This document shows, piece by piece, positions 31,074-42,726 of a stretch of DNA of 64,000 bases. The position numbers were made by a program, and so were the translations under genes. Source of the DNA: Sedimentisphaerales bacterium. Its GTDB lineage: Bacteria; Planctomycetota; Phycisphaerae; Sedimentisphaerales; Anaerobacaceae. The notes below the pieces were generated by a model. That model was given only the letters and a program-made list of their open reading frames with translations. It made no database searches and had not been told where the DNA came from. Within the stretch, counting starts at the first letter, position 1; every line of letters starts with the position of its first letter. The stretch spans positions 2,080,001 through 2,144,000 of the forward strand of contig OY970194.1 in NCBI GenBank assembly GCA_963708075.1. Reading direction: 5' to 3'.

Positions 31074-32537
31074 TCATCGATCATCCTCGATCAATTCATC
31101 GAGGATGTCCATCGTGCGACGGCACAACTCCCGGCCCCGGTCGGCCCAGAGCCCTTCTCCCCAGTATCGATAGCAACTGGTCTGGCTCATGAGCAGATGG
31201 TAAAGGGCGTTGCGGTAGCGGGGGTCGGATGAGGAGATGCCGCGGCGCAGCACCTTCTCGTTGAACATCGCGCTGGCGGCCTCCATCGGCTCCAGGACAT
31301 CCTTGTAGCCCCGGACCCAGGAGATGTTGTTCGTCCAACTGCCGCCCTCGACGTGGAATCGCGAGTCCTCGCGCGACAATTGCTCGATCACGGCGGCCAG
31401 GGCGTCCGGCCCCGCCCCCTGCTCAAAGCGTTCCCAGATCCGGTGTTGCATGACCGGCTGGATCGTTGGGAAATCCTCCTGGCGGATGCCGAGCGAGCCG
31501 AGATGCTCGATATATTCGCTGACGTTCACCGGCGGAGTCGGACTTCCGCTGCTTTCCTCCATCACCTGCAGATATTTGGGCGGGAATTCGTTCATCATGA
31601 CGCCGCCGTTTTCGCCGTCGGAGATCTGGCAGACCAGCGAGGGCGCAGATTTGCCGCCCAAGTCAATGCGATTCAGCCCCTTGGCCTCATAGTACGGCTG
31701 CATCTGACCGATGAGCTTGGTGTCGCTGCCCTGGGTCTTGATGATCGCCGTGATGGCGAGCGTCTCGCCCCGCGAGCTGCGGGCGATGAGCCTGTGCGGC
31801 CGATGCGGGTACGTGAGGGGCCGTCCATCCTCAATGTGCTCGACTGTGTGCTCCTGCACGATCACCCAGCGATAGCCGCATTCCTTCAGTGTCCGGACGA
31901 ACTCGTAGAAGACGTCGGGATGGTTTGGGAGCGCCATCTCGGCGGGCGAGAACCCCTGGACCATGCCCAGAGCCTCTACGCCAAAGAGAGCGGCAAAGAA
32001 ATGCCGCCATGCCTGCACGTGAAGTCGATAGTCCTGCACGGGGGTCGAGGGCGCCACCGGATGACCCCACGCACTGCCAAGCCACTCGACACAATGGCGG
32101 TACCTCGGATCATTGGTAATCGTCCGCAGGCTGTCGAAGACATCCCGCAAACCCATGGCATGCAGGCCGTGGAGCAGCGTGCCGGAGTAGTCGAGCATGA
32201 CGCGCGGCTGCCTGCCCTCCGCGACGAGCCGCGGGATGAACTCCCCCATTCGCTTATAACACCAGTGAAAGACCGCGGCATTGTGGTTGTCGCCCACGTT
32301 TGGATGATCCATCATGTACTTGAGATTGCTGATGATCTCGGCACGTTCAAGCTCCTGGTCAGGGTTGGGGATCAGAGGCTGGTGCATGTGCAGTGCGACG
32401 GCGTACGCGCTCTTGACACGTCCCCAATCAATCCCGCTCTGGTCGCACGGGCGTGCCACCCGCGACACGACCTCAGCGATCATTGCCTCCGAGCCACAGA
32501 TGTTCGGCAGACCATCCACGTATTCAGGTAGGTTCAT
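31074..32537 (-). CDS. Glycoside hydrolase family 57-like protein
   Basis: ALHMHQP, LDYSGTLL, GFSPAEM, SDGENGG, QTSCYRYWG. Confidence 0.82.
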   Translation of the reverse strand: MNLPEYVDGLPNICGSEAMIAEVVSRVARPCDQSGIDWGRVKSAYAVALHMHQPLIPNPDQELERAEIISNLKYMMDHPNVGDNHNAAVFHWCYKRMGEFIPRLVAEGRQPRVMLDYSGTLLHGLHAMGLRDVFDSLRTITNDPRYRHCVEWLGSAWGHPVAPSTPVQDYRLHVQAWRHFFAALFGVEALGMVQGFSPAEMALPNHPDVFYEFVRTLKECGYRWVIVQEHTVEHIEDGRPLTYPHRPHRLIARSSRGETLAITAIIKTQGSDTKLIGQMQPYYEAKGLNRIDLGGKSAPSLVCQISDGENGGVMMNEFPPKYLQVMEESSGSPTPPVNVSEYIEHLGSLGIRQEDFPTIQPVMQHRIWERFEQGAGPDALAAVIEQLSREDSRFHVEGGSWTNNISWVRGYKDVLEPMEAASAMFNEKVLRRGISSSDPRYRNALYHLLMSQTSCYRYWGEGLWADRGRELCRRTMDILDELIEDDR

Positions 32538-32727
32538 TGAGTTACATACTACCGTCTCTTGAGGTGGTTCGGGAAGCATTCAGTAGAGGGAATCACTCGC
32601 TATGCGCCTTTACCAACGCCTCTGTGATCGGTCGGAAAGACGCATCCCCCGCCAAAGACTCGTGCCAGAATGGCCCCAATGAGACTTCGTCCGTTTCTGC
32701 GCATGGTGCAGACCTCAGTGGGATTAT

Positions 32728-35247
32728 TCATGGACCTCTTGTCTCGATCCGTCCGAGGATGATCCCGTCCATCGGTTCCAGGGTTACTCGTTGCACAGCC
32801 TCGCCGTCGTTGTATCGCTCCGCCGAGAAGACGTGCAGTGCATCGGCCACCAGTACCCCGCCGCCGCCATTCTTGAGCCGAACACAAGGTTTATCTTGCG
32901 GAGCCAGGCTCAGGTCCGCGGCGATGGTATGCCACTGATCTCCGGCCTGGCTCTGGTCCAGTGTTGCGCTGGTGACTACTTTTCCTGCGATCAGGACTTC
33001 ATAAGCCGCCTGCTTCGTCCACTCGTTCGCGTCCGGCGCCGCCGCCCACCAGACCTGAATCGTGTATTGTCCCGGACCGCGTAAATCAAGGTCCCACGTT
33101 GCCTCCCCTGTGCTGCCCGTCAACTCGTGGCAACGATTGTTCCAGGCATGGTAATACGGCGGAATCGCATGCCATTCCTTGGTGCCCAGCTCGATCTCTT
33201 GCCACGGGCCCGTGGTCTGGAATCCCTCGTTCCCACCGTCATCCAGGATGTATTGGTACTTGGGCGCCTGCTCGCCCTTGAGATGCGTGTAGCCATCCCC
33301 AACATCCACCGTCTGGCGCCGCCGGGTGCCGTTGAGCAACACCAGGCCATGCTGAAAGTCCCGGCGGAAGACCTCCTCTCCCCGCTCTTTCAAGGAGACT
33401 TCATCGATCCAGACCTGTCCGGTTTCTCCACCGAACAGGAACTGGATTCGCGCGTCCTGCACCGTCCTTCTGGCTTCGAAGGTCAGGGTCACAGACTGCC
33501 ACTGCGTCGTCAGCGGCACAGTCTGGCTCAAGCCATAGTTGTCCCAATTCGGCGAGCCCTTGGAGGAGATGACCAGGAGTTCCATCGGCCGGCTGGCCCT
33601 CGCCCAAAATGTTGAATTATAGCTCTTTCCCTGTTCCAACGAACGTCTGGATTGGGTGAACTCAATCCCGCCTTGGCGACCGGCCCCGGTGATCGTGATG
33701 CGAGCGGCCGCCTCACCGCTGTACTTGACGCGCGTGTCACGCTCGGCCTTCGCCGCACAGCCGTTCTTTGTATCGCACCAGAGGCTCCAAGTGCCCGCAA
33801 GCTCGTCTTCGAAGCCGCCGTTTTGCATCAACTCGTGATCAGCAGCCTGATTCATGGCAATTCGCTGCGCCGGCCCAAGGGGTGTTCCCAGCTTGTAGTC
33901 CAACTCGTCGTACCACCAGTCCTGGCCGTGGTCCGTATCGCCCAACTCATGGCTGAAATAACCGTCACTCATCAGGGTAAAAGCCAGTCCGAATCGCATG
34001 TAGGGATAGTAATCCCTGGCAAAGTCCCAAGTGGTGATCGGCGTGTGCTTCTGCGGGCTGTAATCATAGCCGTAGGCAATCTGGTCGGGCACCGCCGACT
34101 CCACCGACGTGATCGCCGGCTTTACGGTCACTGTGCACCACGCGCTGTAGTAATCCCAAAGCTCGTAGAATGCCTTCTTCCCCTCGATCACATCGGTGGT
34201 ATAGAAGCCGATCCCCTGGCCATTGAAGATCTCCGCGATTTCCGGATAGGGATAACCTTGACTGTGCCCGCTGGTCAGCGCCCAAGGCATCAACTTGCGC
34301 CATTCCTGCAATTCGCGGAAGACGCCGTCGCGCCACGCCTTGTCGAAGGCATCCTTGTCATCCGGCTTGCCGTCTCCGTCGGCGTCCAGTTGCACGGGCC
34401 GGTCGTAGATATCGTGAGTCAACCAGCGTTGCGACATCATGAAGTTGTCAAAGAAGCACCCATCGTACATCAGCCCGCTCTCGATCATCTTCTGGTACGC
34501 GTAGCGGGCCTGATACTGGGCCACCTCCGGCCGGGTGAGGTTGAGCCGATAGGCCCCGGGCCAGACCTCGATCTTCCGGCCGGTGGTGTCCCGCAGGAAA
34601 TACTCGTCCGGGACATCGTTATTTTCCACCGTGTTGATCGAGGTCAAGATGAAACAGTTGGGATTCAACCGGCGCAGCTCGCGGATTTGATCGGCGGTGA
34701 AGTGCGCGCCCAGCCAAAGGTCGATACGAGAGGCATACGCCATCCCCTTGAGGACAAAATGCCACGACCCCCAGAGATTGGCTACGCGTGGGAAGCCGGG
34801 CTTGGCCGCAGGCAGACAGCGGTACTGCAAATGCAGCACGGCATCAGGAGCCGCAGTGCAGCGGATGTACACGTCATTGACGATGGCAGGGTCGGGGTTG
34901 AGTCCGCGAAGGATCGTCTTGGGCGAAGTCGATGGCTGCTGATCGTCAAACGCAATCATCTGGTCCAGCGGCTGACTGCGTCCAAGGCTATACCGGCAGG
35001 AGGTGGGCACGGAGGCACGAAGGGTAAGCTCGACCGTGGTCGCGCCGGCATCCAGAAGCGTGCTCGGAGGTTGGGGATCGCTGAGGGGACCGGCCGTGAA
35101 CATCTGCTGGAAGTCGAGCGGCACAAAGACGCGCCGATTCGGACTGGTCCGTGGTCGCTTGCCGGCCTTGTCGTCCTGAGCAGCGGAGATCGGCACTCTC
35201 ATCAGGAGAAACACGACGGTGAATACAAGAATCGCCCTTTGATTCAT
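32728..35247 (-). CDS. Exported putative glycoside hydrolase (GHL15-like TIM barrel) with CBM4/9-like and golvesin-like domains
   Basis: Signal peptide; YDGCFFDN, MRFGLAFTL, WWYDE; LMQNGGFE..VWIDEVSL CBM; C-terminal VLVADA. Alternative start 35265. Confidence 0.7.
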   Translation of the reverse strand: MNQRAILVFTVVFLLMRVPISAAQDDKAGKRPRTSPNRRVFVPLDFQQMFTAGPLSDPQPPSTLLDAGATTVELTLRASVPTSCRYSLGRSQPLDQMIAFDDQQPSTSPKTILRGLNPDPAIVNDVYIRCTAAPDAVLHLQYRCLPAAKPGFPRVANLWGSWHFVLKGMAYASRIDLWLGAHFTADQIRELRRLNPNCFILTSINTVENNDVPDEYFLRDTTGRKIEVWPGAYRLNLTRPEVAQYQARYAYQKMIESGLMYDGCFFDNFMMSQRWLTHDIYDRPVQLDADGDGKPDDKDAFDKAWRDGVFRELQEWRKLMPWALTSGHSQGYPYPEIAEIFNGQGIGFYTTDVIEGKKAFYELWDYYSAWCTVTVKPAITSVESAVPDQIAYGYDYSPQKHTPITTWDFARDYYPYMRFGLAFTLMSDGYFSHELGDTDHGQDWWYDELDYKLGTPLGPAQRIAMNQAADHELMQNGGFEDELAGTWSLWCDTKNGCAAKAERDTRVKYSGEAAARITITGAGRQGGIEFTQSRRSLEQGKSYNSTFWARASRPMELLVISSKGSPNWDNYGLSQTVPLTTQWQSVTLTFEARRTVQDARIQFLFGGETGQVWIDEVSLKERGEEVFRRDFQHGLVLLNGTRRRQTVDVGDGYTHLKGEQAPKYQYILDDGGNEGFQTTGPWQEIELGTKEWHAIPPYYHAWNNRCHELTGSTGEATWDLDLRGPGQYTIQVWWAAAPDANEWTKQAAYEVLIAGKVVTSATLDQSQAGDQWHTIAADLSLAPQDKPCVRLKNGGGGVLVADALHVFSAERYNDGEAVQRVTLEPMDGIILGRIETRGP

Positions 35248-35277
35248 ACGAGTGACCTTCCCCATTATACTTGACCT

Positions 35278-38199
35278 TCATATGGCCGAATCGTAGTACA
35301 GGACCGCCTCGAAGTCATCGTCGAGCGTATCGCTCAAGAAGAGACTCTTCAGTTGAGGATTCGCTTCACAGGTTCTCAAGGTTGAGCCGGCCGGACCAGC
35401 CGGGCTGGCGTGATGCCGGAGTTCTGGCGGCGCCGTCAAGCAGTGCCCAGTGAGCCACGCGCACGGTCTGAGTCTTCAGTTCTCCCTCCACCACTTGCTT
35501 CACCCGATACTCACCCAAAACAAGCGCCTCACGATAGGGAGCGATCTCCGCCAGGGTCGGAACTTTCGACAGTTTGATCAGTTCCGCGTCGATGACGAGG
35601 CGCGCTACGGTCGGACGCGGGGCGGCAATGCGCTGGTACGCTTGGTGCTCGCGTTTCACTTGCTCCTCATTCAGCGCCCGGGAAAACACCGCGACGCCTT
35701 CGAGAGTTCCCGACCAGTTGCGTTCGCCGTTCCATTCATCGCCGAACAGCAAGTGGTGCGGCGTCCAGTTGCTGAAATCGCCTTGAACGGCGGAAGTGTC
35801 GAGCACCTTCGCGCCATCCACATAGCACAAGAGATGTCCGCCGGAATAGGTGACGGTGACATGATAGGTGCGATTGGCTTGCACAGAACAAAGTTCTGTT
35901 TCCGGGTTTGTCCCGTTCGGTCCGGTCTGCGTGGTGCGCAGGCGCAGGATCAATTTGTCGCGCGTCTGGCCCAGGGTGAAATTCCTACTCGAAGGGTCCG
36001 AGGAGAAGGTCACGATACGCGCGGGGCCCTCCTGGGTGACGTTGGCGGGCGTGAGGGTGGCCTCGATGCTCAATGCATTCGACGCGCGACAGGCGTCGAG
36101 CAGACGCGCATCGGCATCTGCCGCGGCACAGGAACCACCGTTGAGCAGCAGAGCAGAATTGTGGTCCAGGCGGGCCGCGTTGCGCCGTGTGACTTTGATG
36201 ACGCCCGGTTTTCCGGTTGCCGGATCCACGGTGCTGACGGCGACGGCAGCCGTGCGCCAGGCAAAGAGCAGGCCATTGCGGTCGGTGGGCCATTCCGTTG
36301 GACGGACGACAATTTCTGTCGGGGGCATGGTATTTGGGTGCTGGGCCAGGTCGCGCACGCCGGTCAGTTCAAAGGCGGCGTCCTGCTTCAAGTCGGCTTT
36401 CAGTGTAAGGACAAGCCTCTGCTTGTCGATCCGCCGATCGGCGACCTCAATCCCATTCGGCGCACTAACGCGCAGCTCGGGAGTGCTGATCGGCTCATCG
36501 AACTCGACGACCACATCGCGGTCGCCTTGCAGATTCACGGACTGGACCTGCGGCGGCTTGGCCGGGCGGACCCGGACACGACCGCGCAGCGTTTGGCCTT
36601 CATGTGTTGTCTGCACGTCGTAGTCGCCTGGGGCGATGAAGGTATGCTCCGACCGGGGCGCCGGTCCGGAGTCGTCGCCGAAGTCCCAGGTCCACTGCCC
36701 GGAGGTCTTGTCGCCCTTGAGGTCCAGGGTGAAGGCGCTTCGCCGACGTGCGTTCCAAGCTCAAAGTCCGCCAGAAAGACATCAGGATAACGGTCGGTGG
36801 CCTTATGGAAGCTGTAGCGGACCGGATTTGCAGTCAGTTCCAGGGTCTCCGGATTGGCGGGAGCGACGAAGATGTCGTAGTCGGATGTGGCATGGTCGTG
36901 CTGGTCCGGTGATGCGCCGAACGTGAAAAGGCGCTGGCAGCGGGAGAACATGGGGAAGTAGAGATAGGCCCGGTCAGCAGGCAGGCGGCTATCATGTAGA
37001 TTGATAATGGGGCTGACCTGGCGGGTGCCGAGCCGAATGCGATTGATCGGGCCACCGCCACCGCCCATCCAGAATCCCCAGACGCCATCGGTGGTGAAAT
37101 ACGGCATGCAACCGCCGAGAGCGGCTTGCTCGTTGATCGTGCCGCTGGCCGCATCATAGGGACTGAACGTGGGGCTGCCGGTGGTGGCGCAGGTCATGGT
37201 CCGGTTGGGCAGCCAAAGTCCGCTCGGCGGCAGCCGCTCTTCCTTGCCGGTTCGAAGGTTCAGCTTCGTCGGGCCCTTGCCCGCCGGGAGGTAGATCAGG
37301 TTGTCCTCGTCAAGCCAGACAGCCGCGCGGTCGCCGCCATAGGTGCGGGCGTTTACGGCGATCTGCTTCAGGCCGGAACCATCGACATTGATCACATACA
37401 GAGGGATGCCGTCCGGGGCATCCTCACGCCAACTGATCATGAGGGCGTGAGGAACGCTCACGTATACCAGGCGGGTGCCGTCGGGGCTGATATGCGGAGC
37501 TATGTGGTCGCGGTCCGTTTCGTCGGGCGTGACCTGGCGCAGGTCGGAGCCGTCAAGGCGGCGATGCCAGATGCGCCAGTTCCCGGTACGGTTGGATTCC
37601 CAGACCACGAAGCCACGGCCGAGTTTGGCCATTCGCTTCCACTCTTCCGCGGTGCCTGGAGGAAGCTTGTCCTCGGCGGTCCCGCCCAGCTCCACGCCGG
37701 CATAATACATACCCCTCAGCCCGGTGCCCTTGGTGCCCTCCGGCCAGATGTCGGGAAAGAGGTACTGAGTTGGGATCACTTGTTTCTCGACGCCGGGACC
37801 CGCCCAGAGGAGTCTGGCGACAGCCGCGCCGGTGTTCTCGTAATACTCGATGCGAATGAAGTGAGGCCTCCCGCCCCACAGCTCAATCTGACCCTGGTTT
37901 TCGGTTGTGCCGTGGTCAGTCCAGTTGTCAATCACCGGAGAATCGTCCACCCAGAGCCGTATGCCGTCGTCGGAAACCGTGTAGAACGTGTACTTCCCAT
38001 CCTGCGGCAATCCGACTGACCCGGTCCAGCGGACGGAGAAGCCATCGGCGGGCACACCTTCACCGGGCGAACCGTCGCCCCAGTCAAAGTCGACCAAGCT
38101 GTCCGTTCGCGTAAGAGCGGGCACAGCCGCCTGCAGATCACACGGACAGAGGAGGGTGCACAAGGCTGACATAAAGATGATCGCGACGTGATACTTCAT
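35278..38199 (-). CDS. Exported PA14 + TolB-like + PKD + Ig-like + LamG multidomain protein (two frameshifts, near 36735 and 35374; ~973 aa)
   Basis: PA14 FSVRWTG..SDDGIRLWVD; APHISPDG. PKD WTWDFGD..HTFIAPGDY appears after a -1 shift. LamG RIVTFS..RNFTLGQ. Probable true end NPQLKSLFLSDTLDDDFEAVLYYDSAI* appears after a +1 shift at GGTTCTC (35371-35377). Confidence 0.8.
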
Positions 38200-38212
38200 G
38201 AACACAGACTCC

Positions 38213-39259
38213 TCACTTTTCGCCGATTACGGGAACGAGCCGCCAGCCGCCCGAGGCCTCGGTGAACTCGCGGGCGCTGAAGCACCAGATGACAAGTTTC
38301 TTGCCGGCCAGGCTGTCCTGGCGGCGCATCAGGTTGATCCGTGCGGGGGTGGCGCCGGAACCGCGCACGCCGATGACATCTACGGGGAAGCCGAGCTCCA
38401 GCGCAAGCTGGTCGGCCAGACCTGCGCCGGTCCCGTGCATATCCTCGCCGGCGTGAAAGACGAGCGTGTGACTGTCGCCCAGGAGAAGGACAGGGCTGTC
38501 TCGCCAATCGGCAGGCGGAGCGCCGGATTCGTCGGTGACAAAACGTTGCCGGAGCGTTTCCGCAGGCACATTGCCTCCCACAATCGCGGCGAGGTCACCG
38601 GTGATCTTCTGTTCGCGCTGCTCGCTCTTGAACTTGCGGGCGGAGACGCCGGCGAGCCATGGTCGTGCGCGAATGTCTTTGGCCAGCAGCTCAGCGGCCA
38701 CCTCGCAACCGCGACCGGACCAGTGCGAGTCGGTCATACAGTACAGGGGCACGGTTTCATCCGCGCGGGCGGCTTGAAAGGCAGGAGCAAGGTCGAGAAC
38801 ATTCACGCCATGCCGGACGCACAACTTGAGGAATTCATCGTCGGCGCCGGCTACGCCGGGATCCCCCGGCCTTGGAGCGTGTACGTCGAGCAGCTTGTCG
38901 GGATAAATGGCGGCCTTGGCCGGAACGGGCATGAGGATCAACTCGACACCGGCCTGTTTGAGCTGCGCCTGGAAGTCCAGAATGGCGGGCAGCGGGTCCG
39001 CAGCATCCTTACGCGCAGAACGGCTCACGGCGGTGGCCGTGTCGCCCCAGAAGGGCCCGACGCCGAGGTGGCGCAGCTCGGCGGTCAGGAAGAGCCAGCC
39101 CTCCTTGCCGGCGATGGTGGCACGCTGGCCGGCTTCGGCCTTGGCGGCGAGCGAGGCAAATTGCGCAGCAGCAGGCGACGTACTTCCGGAGGCTTCGGCT
39201 GCAAGGCAGCACGCGATAAGGTAGACACCGGCAATCGAGAGCGCGACTATCGTTTTCAT
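38213..39259 (-). CDS. AlgX/AlgJ-type SGNH O-acetyltransferase, exported
   Basis: GKEGWLFL, PVPAKAAIYPD, TDSHWS (DxHW), LLLGDSH. Confidence 0.85.
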   Translation of the reverse strand: MKTIVALSIAGVYLIACCLAAEASGSTSPAAAQFASLAAKAEAGQRATIAGKEGWLFLTAELRHLGVGPFWGDTATAVSRSARKDAADPLPAILDFQAQLKQAGVELILMPVPAKAAIYPDKLLDVHAPRPGDPGVAGADDEFLKLCVRHGVNVLDLAPAFQAARADETVPLYCMTDSHWSGRGCEVAAELLAKDIRARPWLAGVSARKFKSEQREQKITGDLAAIVGGNVPAETLRQRFVTDESGAPPADWRDSPVLLLGDSHTLVFHAGEDMHGTGAGLADQLALELGFPVDVIGVRGSGATPARINLMRRQDSLAGKKLVIWCFSAREFTEASGGWRLVPVIGEK

Positions 39260-40916
39260 TGGGTCACCTCCTCGGCCCAGAACGTGGGCAGAAGTAACAG
39301 ATCCATGTCATCGAGTTCAGCGCGGTTGTAGGTTCCGTACTTGCCTTCAACCTCCGCCCAGGCGCGCAGGCGGCATTGTACCTCGCGGCCAGGCAGCAAG
39401 GAGGAAACGGGCAGCCATTTGTTGTCCTTCATTCCCATCGCGTAGACGAGCAACTCGTCGTGGCCGTCGCTTGGCGGCAGGCCGCGCACCTCGGTCAGGT
39501 GAATGGAGAGGACGCAATCCTTGTACGGCACGGAGCCAGGCTTGGGCAGGCGGCCAATGGCGCCGATTCGACCGCGAATGATGAGTTCACCGCCTGGTGC
39601 AGTAATCTGGGCAACCTGCAGTGCCCGCTGCGGAAGATCGAACAGCCTCCAGTCGCCAAAGGCCAGTTCTCGATTGGCGAACTCGTAGATCACCACGCGT
39701 TTGCCGGCCAGCCGATCGCGGCCGGCGGCCATTTCGCGCACCAGCTCCTGCTGGGTGGTATGGGCGCCGCCGGCGTTGATGACCAGGCGGTCCAGCGGGC
39801 GGCCCAGCGCGGCGCTGAGGTGCTCGGCAAAGCCGGCGCTATCGCCCCAGCCCATCTCCGCGAGGGAATAGATGTTGTTGAAGCTGTCGCCCATGACGAG
39901 GACATCGGCGTGCTCGTCCGGTTGCCACGGGCTACCGTCAGCCGCGACCACGCGTGTGATCGAAGCTGTTTCCGGCGGGAAGGATGACTGGTTGTTCGGC
40001 AGAGCGAGCATGACGGTGATATCGCCGCTGTTGCGAATCGTGGTGGGCAGGTATCGCGACGGCCTGGAGGCGATCGGCCGCAGCAGGTTCCTTTCGGTCA
40101 GCCACGCGGCCAGGCCGGCGGCGACGCGCTGCACGGCGGCAGGCGACCAGTGCGTGTCGGTCATCAGATAGGCCGGGGTCTCATGTTTCAGATCGGCGAG
40201 GATTGGCGCGGGTCGAAGACGAGGACGCCGGCGGCGGACAACTGGGACTTGAAAGCTTCGAACGAGGGATTCTGGACGACCTCGTCACCGGCCTGCGGCG
40301 GCGCGAGCCTCTCCGAATAGATGCTCTCCTTGCCGGGCACCGGCACGACGACCAGGACAATTCCACGCTCGGCCAACTGGTGATGGAACTGAAGGAGGGC
40401 TTTGAGCGGGTCAGGCTGGGGTGGCGGGAGCGACTTGTCGGCGTCACGCAGGCGGCGACGCTGCCACTGCTCGGTGAGGAAACCCGGGCCGGTGACACTG
40501 TCGACGCTGGCCCGGTAGAACAGCCAGCCCTCGCGTCCGAAGTACACCTGCTCGTCGCCGCCGTGCAGCAGGGCTTTGACCACCCAGCCCACCCAGGGTG
40601 TCAGGGTGCGTGAGACCAGTGAAGCGTCCTCCATGTTCTCTTCGAAGGCGCGGATCTGGTGGGCGGTAGGCACGAGTGCGAGAAGGTCCGCAGCGGAGTG
40701 AACTTGCTTCAGTCTGCTAATGGCTGTGGGCAAGGTGGAGAGGCTCTCTGTGGTTGGAGCAGACGCGATCCGATTCGCCAATGTCTGCACGCATGCCGGC
40801 AGCGCGGCGGTCACCAGGAAGATTGCCAGCAGCACGCGCGCCACGATCGGGTGAACCTCGGTGTGGCCGAGTTCGATCTTGGCGACCTCTTCACGCGTAA
40901 GCCTGGCATCACCCAT
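39256..40916 (-). CDS. AlgJ/AlgX-type O-acetyltransferase with N-terminal TM and extra C-terminal domain (split by -1 frameshift near 40208; ~553 aa)
   Basis: GREGWLFY, PVPGKESIY; after the shift APILADLKHETPAYLMTDTHWS, VMGDSFNNIY. Confidence 0.82.
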
Positions 40917-40923
40917 CGTATCC

Positions 40924-42372
<1,449 letters not shown>

Positions 42373-42477
42373 ACTCTTCCTACTACGTGGATCCTTGCAA
42401 CACGAATTCCGCTCCTCAAGAGACTGAGCAAGCTGGTCGTCAATTCCAACTGAGCAAGCCTACGCAGGCAGTGAGCA

Positions 42478-42506
42478 GTAATAGCACGACGCGCCAGGAG
42501 TGTCAA
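42478..42506 (-). promoter_or_regulatory. Sigma70-type promoter of the MBOAT operon
   Basis: TTGACA-17 bp-TATTAC with a TG extended -10, ~105 bp upstream of the start. Confidence 0.5.
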
Positions 42507-42726
42507 GGCGATTCAGCAGCTTCTTTCCGTCATGCTTGACCTTGTCCTCCCGCAACAACCAGTGATGAATGAGTCGTATGTCCTGTGTCTACTGTGGCGC
42601 ATGTAGATCCAGTATACCTTGCCCGGCTGGACCAGCGCTCTGGCAAACACATCGGGCGGCAATGGGCTTGTGATGGTCTCTTTCGCCGGCTTCATGTTCA
42701 GGTGTGGGCGTGACCAACGGTTGACC

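Noticed and set aside
33652..35274. Long antisense ORFs (540 aa here; also 23852-25399, 27026-28450, 35450-36790, 61520-63223)
   Set aside because: They lie opposite well-supported genes, have no motifs, and are expected shadows in GC-rich DNA.
36730..40213. Shared GCGCC context at both -1 frameshifts as a second methylation motif
   Set aside because: Two cases of a very common pentamer in GC-rich DNA are not significant.
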